Under the pieces are notes generated by a model. It worked only from the letters and a program-made list of their open reading frames with translations, ran no database searches and was not told where the DNA came from. A stretch of DNA of 63,932 nt, filler included, from a bacterium (GTDB taxonomy: Bacteria > UBP15 > UBA6099 > JAJRTR01), in the NCBI GenBank assembly GCA_024278215.1. It is 4 parts of 4 records of this genome, joined end to end, with 100 filler letters (N's around TTAATTAATTAA, not from the genome) between each part and the next. Parts side by side here need not be neighbours in the genome. Positions count along the whole stretch, not along the records: positions 1 to 21,708 come from JAJRTR010000053.1; 3 more parts are not named here. The stretch is one strand, 5' to 3'. This document shows positions 9,801 through 18,075 of this stretch, in pieces. The number at the start of each line of letters is the position of its first letter. Position 1 is the first letter of the stretch. The position numbers and the translations under genes are program-made.

Positions 9801-12019
9801 GGTCTGAGCTTATTACGATGCACAAATTCACTGCGTCAGGCTCCGGATATATCCGCAATAGTATCCAGATCGGCATTATAGGAATCGCGGCGAATCGGAT
9901 CATCGGTCACGGAGTTAAAATCGTCAAACACGGCCGGATCGTCTACAAAGCGGCCGGCAATCAGACAATGGTCGTCGCCTCGCGGATTCTGTGGCAGGCA
10001 TCGGCGACCGACCTGTTCGAAGAATCGCTCGAAGGGCTGATTCTCAATGTGACGATTCCTGACGGCGGTTATTTCCCCGACCAGGAGGAGTTCGCCACGT
10101 TCTGGGCGCGCCTCGGGGATGTAGAGGATAAACAGGACCTGTTCAAGCGCCTGTGGGATAGGAGGTATGAGTTTTTTGGCGAGGAACGAGTATTCTTGAC
10201 GCAACCTGTGAACCGGAAATCGATAACAGGATTGCAATCGACCGTAGGATATTTCGGGTCGGTCGGATTGGGCGGGCAGTGGGCGTTGACCGGAGTTTGG
10301 TCGCCGAACGGACCGCTGCTGAAATTGGTCGGCGGTGAACGGCTCATCGGTGTGACCGACGCCGATCTGCTGCACAAGTTGACCGACACGTCGGGGGACG
10401 GCAATTCGGCTCTCACCGAACAAACGATCGGTAATATGGTCGGCGGGCTCGATGTATTGAGCCGTCCCGATCAAGCGCGCATCTTGTTGTATAACGGGAC
10501 CGGAGCGAGTAAAACCATCATCGACGTGGGAATCGTCGGGCGCCCTGTTACGCTGTACGGTGATGATAGCGGATATGTTAATGACCACTATCGGCTCGAC
10601 GAGGATATCGCGCGCAACGGTGAGAAGCCGCTTGAGTTCGGCAATATCGATATCCTCGGCGACGTCAGGGAGGCGAACGACACGAGCAACCCCATACATG
10701 TGGATCGCATATGTGAGTATTGGGCGAAGTTCTGTTTCACGAAAAAGCATTCATATTCATTCGCACAACACGGATCGCGCTTCTGGGTATGCCCAGGGCA
10801 GTGGGCCACGATAGAGGTCGGCTCGTCCGGCGAGGCGGAATACCTCAACAGCAAAGCCTCAATCGCAAGTATTACTATTGATCGCGGTCCCGACGGCATC
10901 GGGAATACGTCTATCGCCGCGGTGGAGGTGCAAGAAGGATTCAAGAGTACGACGACGCGGGATCTGGCGGCATTTCTGGCCTCGGGGATCAAGCCGCGAA
11001 CGCGGCGGACCTCCGTTACCGTCGTGGGCCGATATCATATCGGCGACGCTGATTTCAGGTGTTCAGGGTCTGACGACCAGACAACAATCAATGCGGCGAT
11101 TGATTTCATGTCCGGCGCGTATGGTGGCGGGGAAGTCATCCTCACAGGATATTTTTATCTTTCCGGCGCGATAAAACCGAAAAGCAATATCACATTGCGC
11201 GGCGGAAGCGCAGGGGCTGTCATAGAAAAGAATTGTGATGATTATGCAATATCTGTAAATCAAACACCAGGATCGGAATATTCGAACGTTAGCATCAGGG
11301 ATATGAAAATAACGCGCAATGCAGGAGATACGAACGCAGGGAAGCATCTGCTATATTTCATGTATTGCGATTTATTGTCAATCAGCAACGTCTCGATCTA
11401 TGACTCGTATGCGTATGCATTATACATTTCTTATTGCGATGATGCAACAGTAAATAATGTGTTTGTCCAGGAATGGAATGGAGATAGAGCAGTACAGTTC
11501 GAGCGTTTAACCAGGTTCGTCGTTCGCGATTTGACAGTTGATGGAAACGGCTGTAGCTCGCAATCTGGAGTTGTTTTTGCAGTCGTTACAGATGCAGCGA
11601 TAATCGCAGATTCAATTGAAGTGAGGAACTTTGTTAGTTCAGGAAGCACCACCTATGGGTTCTACACGAATGCAGATAAGATGTCTCTATCAAATATAAT
11701 AGTGCATGATCTAACCAAGTCAACCGATGGATCGATCATTCATGGCATCGCTTTGGATGCTGACGATATAAAGGGCTCTAATCTCACAGTTTCAAATGTA
11801 GATAATACGTATGCCGCTTCCGCCGTTCGAGGCTTGTACGTGCGCGGTGCCGATGTGGTGCTAAGCTCCATTTTCGTATCAGGATGCAGCGGGACGGGTA
11901 TATACATAGATGCCACGTCGTCGAAAACACAGATCGCAGGGGGGAGAACTACCAATAACGGAGTTAATTATAATGACGTTAGTGGATCGGCAAATACGGC
12001 GGCCTTCGATACGACATGA
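6881..12019 (+). CDS. Large multidomain tail tip / receptor-binding protein (CBM-like repeats, LamG-like region, hub region, C-terminal beta-helix)
   Basis: Directly follows the tape measure. Two RG(D/N)CESTTAPA(L/F)RGET..DDI repeats, a third NNSFE..IDG module, and a DDQTTINAAID..SNITLRG pectate-lyase-like start. Confidence 0.8.
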   Translation: MAIKSILSDHQSNLMTGAGGDRDERLYLGLRGVKYPDIARDTRTYIDRGDCESTTAPALRGETAVTTSNLTFARSDDWNHRGAYSYKLIKAVAAGTEAYVALQDGVGTADMHGFIAGETVEMIAWLKLPSSGGPLSSEVTLRVQEYYSGAWNATTLDTGSVDAGNIEKLSGRIALNASTAAVRFEIVLASAAADTEYVYVDDIEIYRYATFTLAREDNLVDRGNCESTTAPAFRGETSAVSTNASGARTAEVARSGNYAWRVTKTSAAGAGWASWYFQDSASNTDMHGFSAGETLEVSAFAKLTSGSSPDPGEVRMLFENYRLSTSSWVVIGASAYMSVSDAFEKLTLTPTISDDARGIRLRVQINTNAGLNEYVDIDDIRVTRHSVPGTHYLSGSYTEHLVEMPDKFTLQIKFKPNFAYDIATSQYICGWRIDSAHNLVLYYEASGDKFQIQWIDGGSAKYLFSAQYDDGTTYRNINQWITLTFAFDPASGQTGSALWLNKTQDDADFGAAPDSKSTSFQTMRMREYNGVQGDINIAFIRLFRNYVATDADVQNDFKDVKAEEIYWSFDGHATGRTRVNVSRFYARRMKLTRSVKTGTSGAYGANRFQCALKNLNGEFSDDQYGTYDPTTDSFNGDSDQAYLRDRFEVELESWYSGDFDSVFRGRAVGGLQRNSARKNVSWVSLVAEDRSADLASAIITSGHVFEDCKLADTVEANSLFHRIARLGRPTVKQYLANNSFEDATITDAWVASGGTWTREANPLFGTYCGRLVPGASAQSVYQEITFSGSEKLSVNQEFTFYVWLYSSAAASGANNYIRIDERDSGGSNDTTDTSMALTGGEGWVLHQVTHTITDADSDRLRIIIAADAGDTIDIDGAMFVVGDRKNNVFRESSLVLTDAVSSGSVSADYRDEVQWDEFGFDAATIDYVHPWRRVDQGTTVWDHLKSLFDAAIVDYGGFDESGTLLYHGYLESGRSELITMHKFTASGSGYIRNSIQIGIIGIAANRIIGHGVKIVKHGRIVYKAAGNQTMVVASRILWQASATDLFEESLEGLILNVTIPDGGYFPDQEEFATFWARLGDVEDKQDLFKRLWDRRYEFFGEERVFLTQPVNRKSITGLQSTVGYFGSVGLGGQWALTGVWSPNGPLLKLVGGERLIGVTDADLLHKLTDTSGDGNSALTEQTIGNMVGGLDVLSRPDQARILLYNGTGASKTIIDVGIVGRPVTLYGDDSGYVNDHYRLDEDIARNGEKPLEFGNIDILGDVREANDTSNPIHVDRICEYWAKFCFTKKHSYSFAQHGSRFWVCPGQWATIEVGSSGEAEYLNSKASIASITIDRGPDGIGNTSIAAVEVQEGFKSTTTRDLAAFLASGIKPRTRRTSVTVVGRYHIGDADFRCSGSDDQTTINAAIDFMSGAYGGGEVILTGYFYLSGAIKPKSNITLRGGSAGAVIEKNCDDYAISVNQTPGSEYSNVSIRDMKITRNAGDTNAGKHLLYFMYCDLLSISNVSIYDSYAYALYISYCDDATVNNVFVQEWNGDRAVQFERLTRFVVRDLTVDGNGCSSQSGVVFAVVTDAAIIADSIEVRNFVSSGSTTYGFYTNADKMSLSNIIVHDLTKSTDGSIIHGIALDADDIKGSNLTVSNVDNTYAASAVRGLYVRGADVVLSSIFVSGCSGTGIYIDATSSKTQIAGGRTTNNGVNYNDVSGSANTAAFDTT

Positions 12020-12411
12020 CGCGGAAATTTTTAGTTACTGCCTTGTTCGCCATGATGTGGACGATTACATCCTGCGTTTTTGTCGACGAACAGCTTCTTA
12101 TCGCGATTGAGGAGGCTCGGTGGGTGTATTTGAATATCATGCAGGTTCCGTCATATGAAATAATCAAGCATCCGATTGAGACGATGGAGGACGGAGAAGG
12201 TGATTGTGCCGACATGTCCGCTTTGCTGATTGTTCGTATGCGGCGCCGGGGAGTTTTTGCCGGCCAGCTCGTTGCATATGACGTAGGTGCGGACGTTGCC
12301 CATATGGTAGTCGAGATATTCGGGGTGACTATCGACCCGACGAACAAGGATATCGTTGTGACGATTGATGGGACCGAGATCGGGCGCTATTTATGGATAT
12401 CATGGCTGTAG
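12016..12411 (+). CDS. Putative lipoprotein with transglutaminase-like Cys-His-Asp fold
   Basis: Signal peptide with ITSC lipobox-like motif; GDCAD, HM and IDPT motifs. Confidence 0.6.
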   Translation: MTRKFLVTALFAMMWTITSCVFVDEQLLIAIEEARWVYLNIMQVPSYEIIKHPIETMEDGEGDCADMSALLIVRMRRRGVFAGQLVAYDVGADVAHMVVEIFGVTIDPTNKDIVVTIDGTEIGRYLWISWL

Positions 12412-12512
12412 CAGTGCCTGGTGGAAATATCTGCTATGGCAGATCGGACGAAGATAGCAAAATAACGATTAAGGGCGATAAAGAATGAATATGCGGAACA
12501 GGAGCTTAACTA

Positions 12513-12809
12513 ATGCCGACACATCAATGCACGCAGGAAGCCGAGCTGAAACGGATCCGCTCTGCGATTGACAAGCTGGCGACGAGCAACGCAGAAATCC
12601 GAGAGAAAATTTTCAACGGCCTATCTGATGCCATCGCCCAATTGCCTGCAATGCGTGATGACATAACATGGATCAAAGCCAAACTCAACGGTAACAGCAG
12701 CCGGCGCGTTGTCGCGCAGCGTGGAAAAGAGGTTGCAATCATGGCATTGATTATCTCGGTCGTGTCGCGGTGGGACGACATTGCAAGATTCATCGGGAGG
12801 TTATTTTGA
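12513..12809 (+). CDS. Small membrane protein (holin/XhlA-like)
   Basis: Coiled coil plus one C-terminal hydrophobic helix, just upstream of the endolysin; RBS AGGAG. Confidence 0.5.
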   Translation: MPTHQCTQEAELKRIRSAIDKLATSNAEIREKIFNGLSDAIAQLPAMRDDITWIKAKLNGNSSRRVVAQRGKEVAIMALIISVVSRWDDIARFIGRLF

Positions 12810-13411
12810 CACGTCCTTCTTTCGTCAAAGAGAGAATCATAACGAAGAATGAATTTTCCCGTCCGGGGATGAAGCGACCAGGAACAAAAGCAATCGACGT
12901 GCACTGGAATGGAAACCCCGGAATGGATGAATATATGCTCGTTGATTATTTTGCCTCGTTGGCCGAGCAGGACAAAACAGACGACAGGCCGGACCGATAT
13001 GCAGGGGCGAACATAATTATCGGCCCGATGGCTGCGATTATCATCGTGCCGATTGATGAGATTACCTATACAGCCGGCGCGAAACGCACGTCACAATACA
13101 CGGTAGCGGCTCGGCGTCGGTTCGGCGAATTCTGGCTGACAAACAATCCGCAGACGCCGAACTGGCTCACATGCTCTATCGAGATGGTGCACCCTGATGC
13201 GACGGGACGGTTCGCGCCCGAGACGCTGTCACATGCCGCGCAGGTTATCCGATGGATCCTCGACGAACATTTCACATGGCTGTGGCCGCATGATGTCATA
13301 CGTCATTATGATATCACCGGCAAGGAATGCCCTAAATGGTTCGTCGCGCACCCGGGCGATTGGTGGGATTTCATCGAGCAAATTAAATCGCTCAACGAGG
13401 TGACGGCGTGA
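12806..13411 (+). CDS. Endolysin, N-acetylmuramoyl-L-alanine amidase (Amidase_2)
   Basis: IDVHW.GNP, SIEMVHPD and IRHYDITGKECP Zn-amidase motifs. TTG start after GGGAGG (ORF track starts at 12770). Confidence 0.85.
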   Translation: MTRPSFVKERIITKNEFSRPGMKRPGTKAIDVHWNGNPGMDEYMLVDYFASLAEQDKTDDRPDRYAGANIIIGPMAAIIIVPIDEITYTAGAKRTSQYTVAARRRFGEFWLTNNPQTPNWLTCSIEMVHPDATGRFAPETLSHAAQVIRWILDEHFTWLWPHDVIRHYDITGKECPKWFVAHPGDWWDFIEQIKSLNEVTA

Positions 13412-13881
13412 GCATCGCAACCTGGCTCGGCATCGGAAAAACCGTGGCTGATACTGCATCCGCATTGACCTCCGGGGCGGCTGAGATTGTGACGGCCGCG
13501 AAAACGGATCCTAATCGTGCAGTCGATGCGGAGATCGAGAAACTGCGGATCGATGCCGAGGCGCGAATAGAGGAGCTGGTCACACGATCGGCCGAGAGCG
13601 CACGTGCCTGGTCGATACAGTACGAGGGTCGCGCGAGCGAGATACAGCCGTGGTTGCGTGTCGTGCGCAACCTAATCAGACCGCTAACTACGCTACTGTT
13701 CGTGGGGATTTTCGCCACGGCGGCCGTGATTGATTTCGTGGGGCAGGTCCGCGCCGACGCGCCGTGGCGCCTCCTCGCCGGGCTCCCGCAGGGATTCTGG
13801 TGGGCGTTCGGTATCGTCCTGACGTTCTGGTTCGGGGGCAAGGTCGGCGAGAGAATCGCCGAGCAGATACGCAAGGAGTAG
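13408..13881 (+). CDS. Holin (3TM/GTA-holin-like)
   Basis: SAR..IRPL..hydrophobic helix..W..FWFGG pattern, downstream of the endolysin. Confidence 0.7.
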   Translation: MSIATWLGIGKTVADTASALTSGAAEIVTAAKTDPNRAVDAEIEKLRIDAEARIEELVTRSAESARAWSIQYEGRASEIQPWLRVVRNLIRPLTTLLFVGIFATAAVIDFVGQVRADAPWRLLAGLPQGFWWAFGIVLTFWFGGKVGERIAEQIRKE

Positions 13882-13886
13882 AGAGG

Positions 13887-14048
13887 ATGAACGAGAAAAC
13901 GACGCGAACATTCCGGGTGACGGTCAGCCGGGAATTCTACGCCGAACTCGATTCGGCTCAACGCGAGAGCGGAGAGATCGGGATCCAGGCGCTAGCGAAA
14001 ACAGCCCTGAGACAATACCTGAATCGATACCACAAACCGCAAAAATAG
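13887..14048 (+). CDS. Ribbon-helix-helix DNA-binding protein
   Basis: RTFRVTVS strand then two helices ending ALRQYL; RBS GAGAGG. Confidence 0.55.
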   Translation: MNEKTTRTFRVTVSREFYAELDSAQRESGEIGIQALAKTALRQYLNRYHKPQK

Positions 14049-14219
14049 CATCCCCTCAGGCGCGCGAGAACGGGCCTAGAAAATCTGTCCGCGCCTGATA
14101 GCAACCGAATACCTAAATCGCTAAAACCCCTCCCAAATCGTACTGATCGTACAGTCACTACAGATATGTTTCGGCCACGGGCAAGGGACTAAATTCCTTA
14201 CATATTTGCGGCGAAAGTG

Positions 14220-14248
14220 TTGACAGCTATAGCAACGCGCTTTATAAT
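14220..14248 (+). promoter_or_regulatory. Consensus sigma70 promoter (phage early promoter)
   Basis: TTGACA-17 bp-TATAAT exactly, upstream of RBS AAGGAG and ORF 14291. Confidence 0.85.
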
Positions 14249-14290
14249 AGTAGAAACATGCCGAAAATGGCTGAATAAGGAGTTGAGAGG

Positions 14291-14476
14291 ATGAAATGCG
14301 AAAATTGTCGGCGCGAAATTGAGGATCCACGGTATTACGTGGACGAGCTACGGGTCTGCCGTCCGTGCTGCCGGGCGCTGCAGGACCTGACCAGAGAGAC
14401 CGGTGGCGAGATCGAGACGGTCGCTGAGATCCGCTACGAACAGTGGATCGATTCGATAGTGGGGGTGTACGGATGA
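14291..14476 (+). CDS. Small zinc-finger protein
   Basis: CENC..CRPC motifs; first gene after the promoter. Confidence 0.6.
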   Translation: MKCENCRREIEDPRYYVDELRVCRPCCRALQDLTRETGGEIETVAEIRYEQWIDSIVGVYG

Positions 14477-14607
14477 TTACGAGGGGATGGAGCGGCATCG
14501 TCGAGTATGAGCGCAGCGATGGGACGATGGCGCGCATCAGGTACTGGGTCAAAGAATGTATCGAGGCCGGCGATCCGCGCATATTTCGCGACGTCGGTCC
14601 GAATTGA
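14473..14607 (+). CDS. Hypothetical 44-aa protein (below ORF-track cutoff)
   Basis: ATGA overlap with the upstream stop; MITRGWSG..VGPN fills the gap up to the next RBS. Confidence 0.5.
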   Translation: MITRGWSGIVEYERSDGTMARIRYWVKECIEAGDPRIFRDVGPN

Positions 14608-14618
14608 GGAGGATTGAG

Positions 14619-15002
14619 ATGGATAATTCCACGACTGACCTGTCCGCCGAGCCTGCGGATGTGAATTTCGCCGCAATCGTGCGGCAGATTCTCGCGCTCA
14701 ACCCCGAGGTGGATGGATTCAGACACCCGGACTCATCCTGCCGGTGCACGCGCGAGAACCCTCTAAAATGCGGGGAAGTACTGCTCGACTGCCGCGCACA
14801 TTCCTGGGGCTGCGCCGACCACGGGACTCTGCGCGACCTGGTGACGCAAAACATGGCCGGTCTCGGCCTATCACGCTGCTGGATTAAGACGGCCGCGGGT
14901 CACTGCAGCAGGTCCAGGCGCGAGCTACGCAACGGTGCCTGCACAGGCAATACGTGTTGCGTGGCAACATGGCACGATTACGCCTCTGAGGCCAACCCAT
15001 GA
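14619..15002 (+). CDS. Cys-rich hypothetical protein (paralog of 15741-16178)
   Basis: ATG after GAGGAGG; FRHP..CxCTR..CGE motif shared with 15741-16178. Confidence 0.65.
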   Translation: MDNSTTDLSAEPADVNFAAIVRQILALNPEVDGFRHPDSSCRCTRENPLKCGEVLLDCRAHSWGCADHGTLRDLVTQNMAGLGLSRCWIKTAAGHCSRSRRELRNGACTGNTCCVATWHDYASEANP

Positions 15003-15535
15003 GACTGCAACTCAGGAGGGAGCCTGTGAAAGAGCGCGCTTATAGACCGGCGCTAATGTGCCGGCTGCAGGGAATGAACTGGGTCGTTAATCTGGAAGTC
15101 CGTGAAGAATTGGCCGGAGCTGCATGGGAGGTTAAGCAGCTATCCTCGGTCTTGGAGGAGGATGACCGCGGGCTGGGATGTTGGCGACTCAGCAATCCTC
15201 TGGGTGCCGTTGAGGCAAGCGATAGGAATAGAGACAAGTCATTCACATTTCCCGAAGAACCTTTTCGGATCTTCAAACTGTTCGGCGCTTGGCTCGACTA
15301 CGGAAGGTATGTGCAGCGATTGACCCTTGGTCGGTTTCTGGTCGTTGCACCCGCCGAATGGGAGCTCAAGACGGGGGATTCTGGGATTGAACGCCCCATT
15401 GCCTCTGAGTATCTCATCGGAATGGAGTACCGAGCTCATCACGTAATGATATCGCAGCAGTCCCGGGCACAGCGTGTGGTGTTGTCTACTCCTGACGGAC
15501 GGCAGGTGCCCGTGCCCGCAGGAGGGACAATATGA
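14999..15535 (+). CDS. Hypothetical protein
   Basis: 178-aa ORF with ATGA overlaps at both ends. Confidence 0.55.
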   Translation: MRLQLRREPVKERAYRPALMCRLQGMNWVVNLEVREELAGAAWEVKQLSSVLEEDDRGLGCWRLSNPLGAVEASDRNRDKSFTFPEEPFRIFKLFGAWLDYGRYVQRLTLGRFLVVAPAEWELKTGDSGIERPIASEYLIGMEYRAHHVMISQQSRAQRVVLSTPDGRQVPVPAGGTI

Positions 15536-15747
15536 CCTTATTAAACTCATTTCACAACACAACCGCGAGGACGCGGAAGCCGTACGAAGATGTGGCCCGC
15601 ATCCGATACATCCTCGGCATGGGGGATGCCGAGGCGCGCCGGCGATTGCCTGCCGCCGAATACGCCTGGGCGCTCAGCGTCCGTAGACGGCTCTGCGGCG
15701 TCGACGGCTGCACCTGCGCCCAGACGCCGCTCGGGGAGAGGTGGTGA
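15532..15747 (+). CDS. Hypothetical protein with LCG..GCTC motif
   Basis: RBS GGAGG; coupled to both neighbours. Confidence 0.55.
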   Translation: MTLLNSFHNTTARTRKPYEDVARIRYILGMGDAEARRRLPAAEYAWALSVRRRLCGVDGCTCAQTPLGERW

Positions 15748-16178
15748 CGGTATATGCAGATGCTATTTATGCGTCTGGCACGGAGCCGCCCCGTGTGGCA
15801 CTGTCAGACGCGTACCGGTATGAGCCGGAAAAATCTTTCGTGGAGAAGATAATGATGTTACGTAATGTCATTGATGCCTGGATACAAGAGCGCGATGATG
15901 AGGGTATATATTTTCGGCACCCGAACCCGCTTGTAGCGTGCTCGTGCACGCGTGGTGGAGAATGCGGCGAAATGTTAATGCCGTGCTACCCGGTAGTGCC
16001 CGAGGGGGCATTATTCGGGCGCGTTTCTTTGCGCGATATTATTTGCGCCCATTTGTGCGCAGCGGGATGTGTAGGGTGCAGGACAGAAGCAGCCGATTGC
16101 GAATGCACGTTCGAATCGCTCGCGCGAGGGGACTGCAGCGGGAACCCGAAATGCTTAGTATTGTCGCAGCAAGCATAA
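15741..16178 (+). CDS. Cys-rich hypothetical protein (paralog of 14619-15002)
   Basis: FRHP..CSCTR..CGE and LRD..C..RGDCSGN motifs. Confidence 0.65.
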   Translation: MVTVYADAIYASGTEPPRVALSDAYRYEPEKSFVEKIMMLRNVIDAWIQERDDEGIYFRHPNPLVACSCTRGGECGEMLMPCYPVVPEGALFGRVSLRDIICAHLCAAGCVGCRTEAADCECTFESLARGDCSGNPKCLVLSQQA

Positions 16179-16227
16179 TCATAATTTTATGCGTCAATGC
16201 TATTTGGCGCAATATGAGGAGGTCGAA

Positions 16228-16413
16228 ATGACGGTGAGGGAAGCATCAAAAATCCTTGGATTATCGGATCGAGCGGTGCGCCGGTGGTGTCGGCGAATGG
16301 GGGTCGAAAAGCACGGGTCGGGGTATTGGCTGCTGGATGAAGATGTCGCGTTGATACGCGATGCAAACCACAAGGCCGGACGTCCGGCCAGGAGAGAGCA
16401 TGGCCTTGCATAA
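16228..16413 (+). CDS. Helix-turn-helix protein (excisionase/MerR-like)
   Basis: MTVREASKILGLSDRAVRRWC; RBS GAGGAGG. Confidence 0.75.
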   Translation: MTVREASKILGLSDRAVRRWCRRMGVEKHGSGYWLLDEDVALIRDANHKAGRPARREHGLA

Positions 16414-16663
16414 TTCTGTATTATTTGAGGGGGAAATTACCGAGATAATTGGCACTGATTTCATGCTGCGCAATCGCATGGGAATGAGGGGACATGCCCC
16501 TGTATCTATCAGAATCAGGCAAGCCGGGCGGAATCGCAGCCTCCCGGGGCTCGGATCGATCGTCCGTATTGTGGGGCATCTAATACGAAACAACGGAGAG
16601 ATTGAAATCGTTTGCGAGTATCTGCAGGTGATGAAGGGGGTTGTCATAGATAGTAATACATGA
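16400..16663 (+). CDS. Small OB-fold SSB/PriB-like protein
   Basis: NSVLFEG..G.IVRIVGHL..EIVCEYLQ matches the SSB OB-fold pattern; no acidic tail. Confidence 0.5.
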   Translation: MALHNSVLFEGEITEIIGTDFMLRNRMGMRGHAPVSIRIRQAGRNRSLPGLGSIVRIVGHLIRNNGEIEIVCEYLQVMKGVVIDSNT

Positions 16664-16762
16664 TACAATACAAAAGCCCGGATGGCGCGTTGCGTCTCAC
16701 CCGGGCCGAGTCGAGAGGATAGTCGACTCGCAAATATTACCACAGTCGAGGGGAGAAAACAA

Positions 16763-17455
16763 GTGGAATATGTGTTGAATGCCGAATCAAAGCTGCTGCC
16801 GGCACTTTGTTCGGCGCAAACAGAACTACTGCCGATCGCGACGAACCGGGACAATGATTTCACTGGGTCGCGCTATCTGGATCTCGCAGAGCTGTTGAGG
16901 GTGACAAAGCCGATCTTGGCGAAACATAAATTAGTATTAATTCAGACAGTTGACTCAACACAGAGGGGTGCCGGGGAAACCGATACGCGAATCACCGTTG
17001 CTACCCGGCTCTATCATGCGGAGTCGGGCGAATACGTGGTGTGTGGCGGGACGCTCGGCATCACCGCCCTACACAAAGCCAACCCGACGCAGAAACTTTT
17101 TGCGACCGCGAGCTACATGCGCCGAAACCAGATACTCGCCGTCCTCGCGCTCGCTGGTGCCGACGATGACACGGACGGCGACGTAGGCGAACATCCGGAC
17201 GAAACGCCACGAGAAGCGGCTAAACAGGAAGAAACGCTGGTAGACCCGGAAAGGAAAAAGCGCCTTGATGTGCTTAAACAAATCGTGACAAAGGAGGTAT
17301 TCACAGAGAGGGATCGGCTGGAATTTCGCCGAGCGGTGGGGACTGCCGAAAGTGCGGCGGAACTCGACAGGATCATCGAAGACGCGAAGACCGCGTTGCG
17401 GATCAAGCAGCGCAAAAAAGCGGCCACAGAGCCGGAAGGAGAATCGTTGTTGTGA
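16763..17455 (+). CDS. erf: ERF-family single-strand annealing protein
   Basis: YLDL, TRLYH.SGEY, Q....ASYMRR and DDDTDG motifs. GTG start after GAGGGGAG (ORF track starts at 16682). Confidence 0.8.
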   Translation: MEYVLNAESKLLPALCSAQTELLPIATNRDNDFTGSRYLDLAELLRVTKPILAKHKLVLIQTVDSTQRGAGETDTRITVATRLYHAESGEYVVCGGTLGITALHKANPTQKLFATASYMRRNQILAVLALAGADDDTDGDVGEHPDETPREAAKQEETLVDPERKKRLDVLKQIVTKEVFTERDRLEFRRAVGTAESAAELDRIIEDAKTALRIKQRKKAATEPEGESLL

Positions 17456-18075
17456 GCGGAATCATAATTGCGCCTAAAGAGACGGTAGAAAAATTGGAGG
17501 TCGAGGGTGAAGAGCTCGTCAGAGAAGCAAAAGAACTGACGATAATTTCACAAGCGACGTATGAAGCCTGTGCCGAGTTGGCGCGGACTGCAAAAGCGTT
17601 TCAGCGCGAGGTAGAAAAGGTCTGGAAAGAGCCGGTCGAGTCTGCACATCGTGCGCACAAGGCGGCGCTCGCCGCGAAGAAGAAACAGCTCGATCCGTAC
17701 AAAACGGTAGAGCGCATCTGCAAAACCGCAATGGCGGAATGGGACCGGGAACAACGGCGCCTCGCCGAGGAACGCGCGCGGAAGGCCGAAGAGGAACGGT
17801 TGCGACTCGCTGCGGAAGCCGAAGAAAAAGGCAATGTTGCAGAAGTCGATATCATACTCAATGCTCCGGCAACCATAGTTGAAGCACCCGAAAGACCTTC
17901 GGGCGTGGTCTACGTCGACAATTGTAAAGCCGCAGTCGTCGACCTTGACGCCGTACCGAGAGAGTACCTGGTGCCCGACATGCAGATGCTCAATCGGTTA
18001 GCGAAAGCGTCGAAAGGAAAAAATCCTCCGACCGGCGTGCGGTATTACAATGACCGAACGACGCGAATTATCTGA
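17452..18075 (+). CDS. Conserved phage coiled-coil protein of recombination modules
   Basis: Helical A/E/K-rich body ending VDLDAVPREYL..PTGVRYY. Confidence 0.6.
   Translation: MSGIIIAPKETVEKLEVEGEELVREAKELTIISQATYEACAELARTAKAFQREVEKVWKEPVESAHRAHKAALAAKKKQLDPYKTVERICKTAMAEWDREQRRLAEERARKAEEERLRLAAEAEEKGNVAEVDIILNAPATIVEAPERPSGVVYVDNCKAAVVDLDAVPREYLVPDMQMLNRLAKASKGKNPPTGVRYYNDRTTRII

Noticed and set aside
6881-14290. Diversity-generating retroelement targeting the tail protein
   Set aside because: No reverse transcriptase and no TR/VR pair with adenine-specific mismatches seen. The internal repeats are diverged protein-domain duplications.
16400-16663. Inferring a spirochaete host from the SSB-like and tape-measure sequences
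   Set aside because: Only a remembered resemblance; it cannot be supported without a database search.
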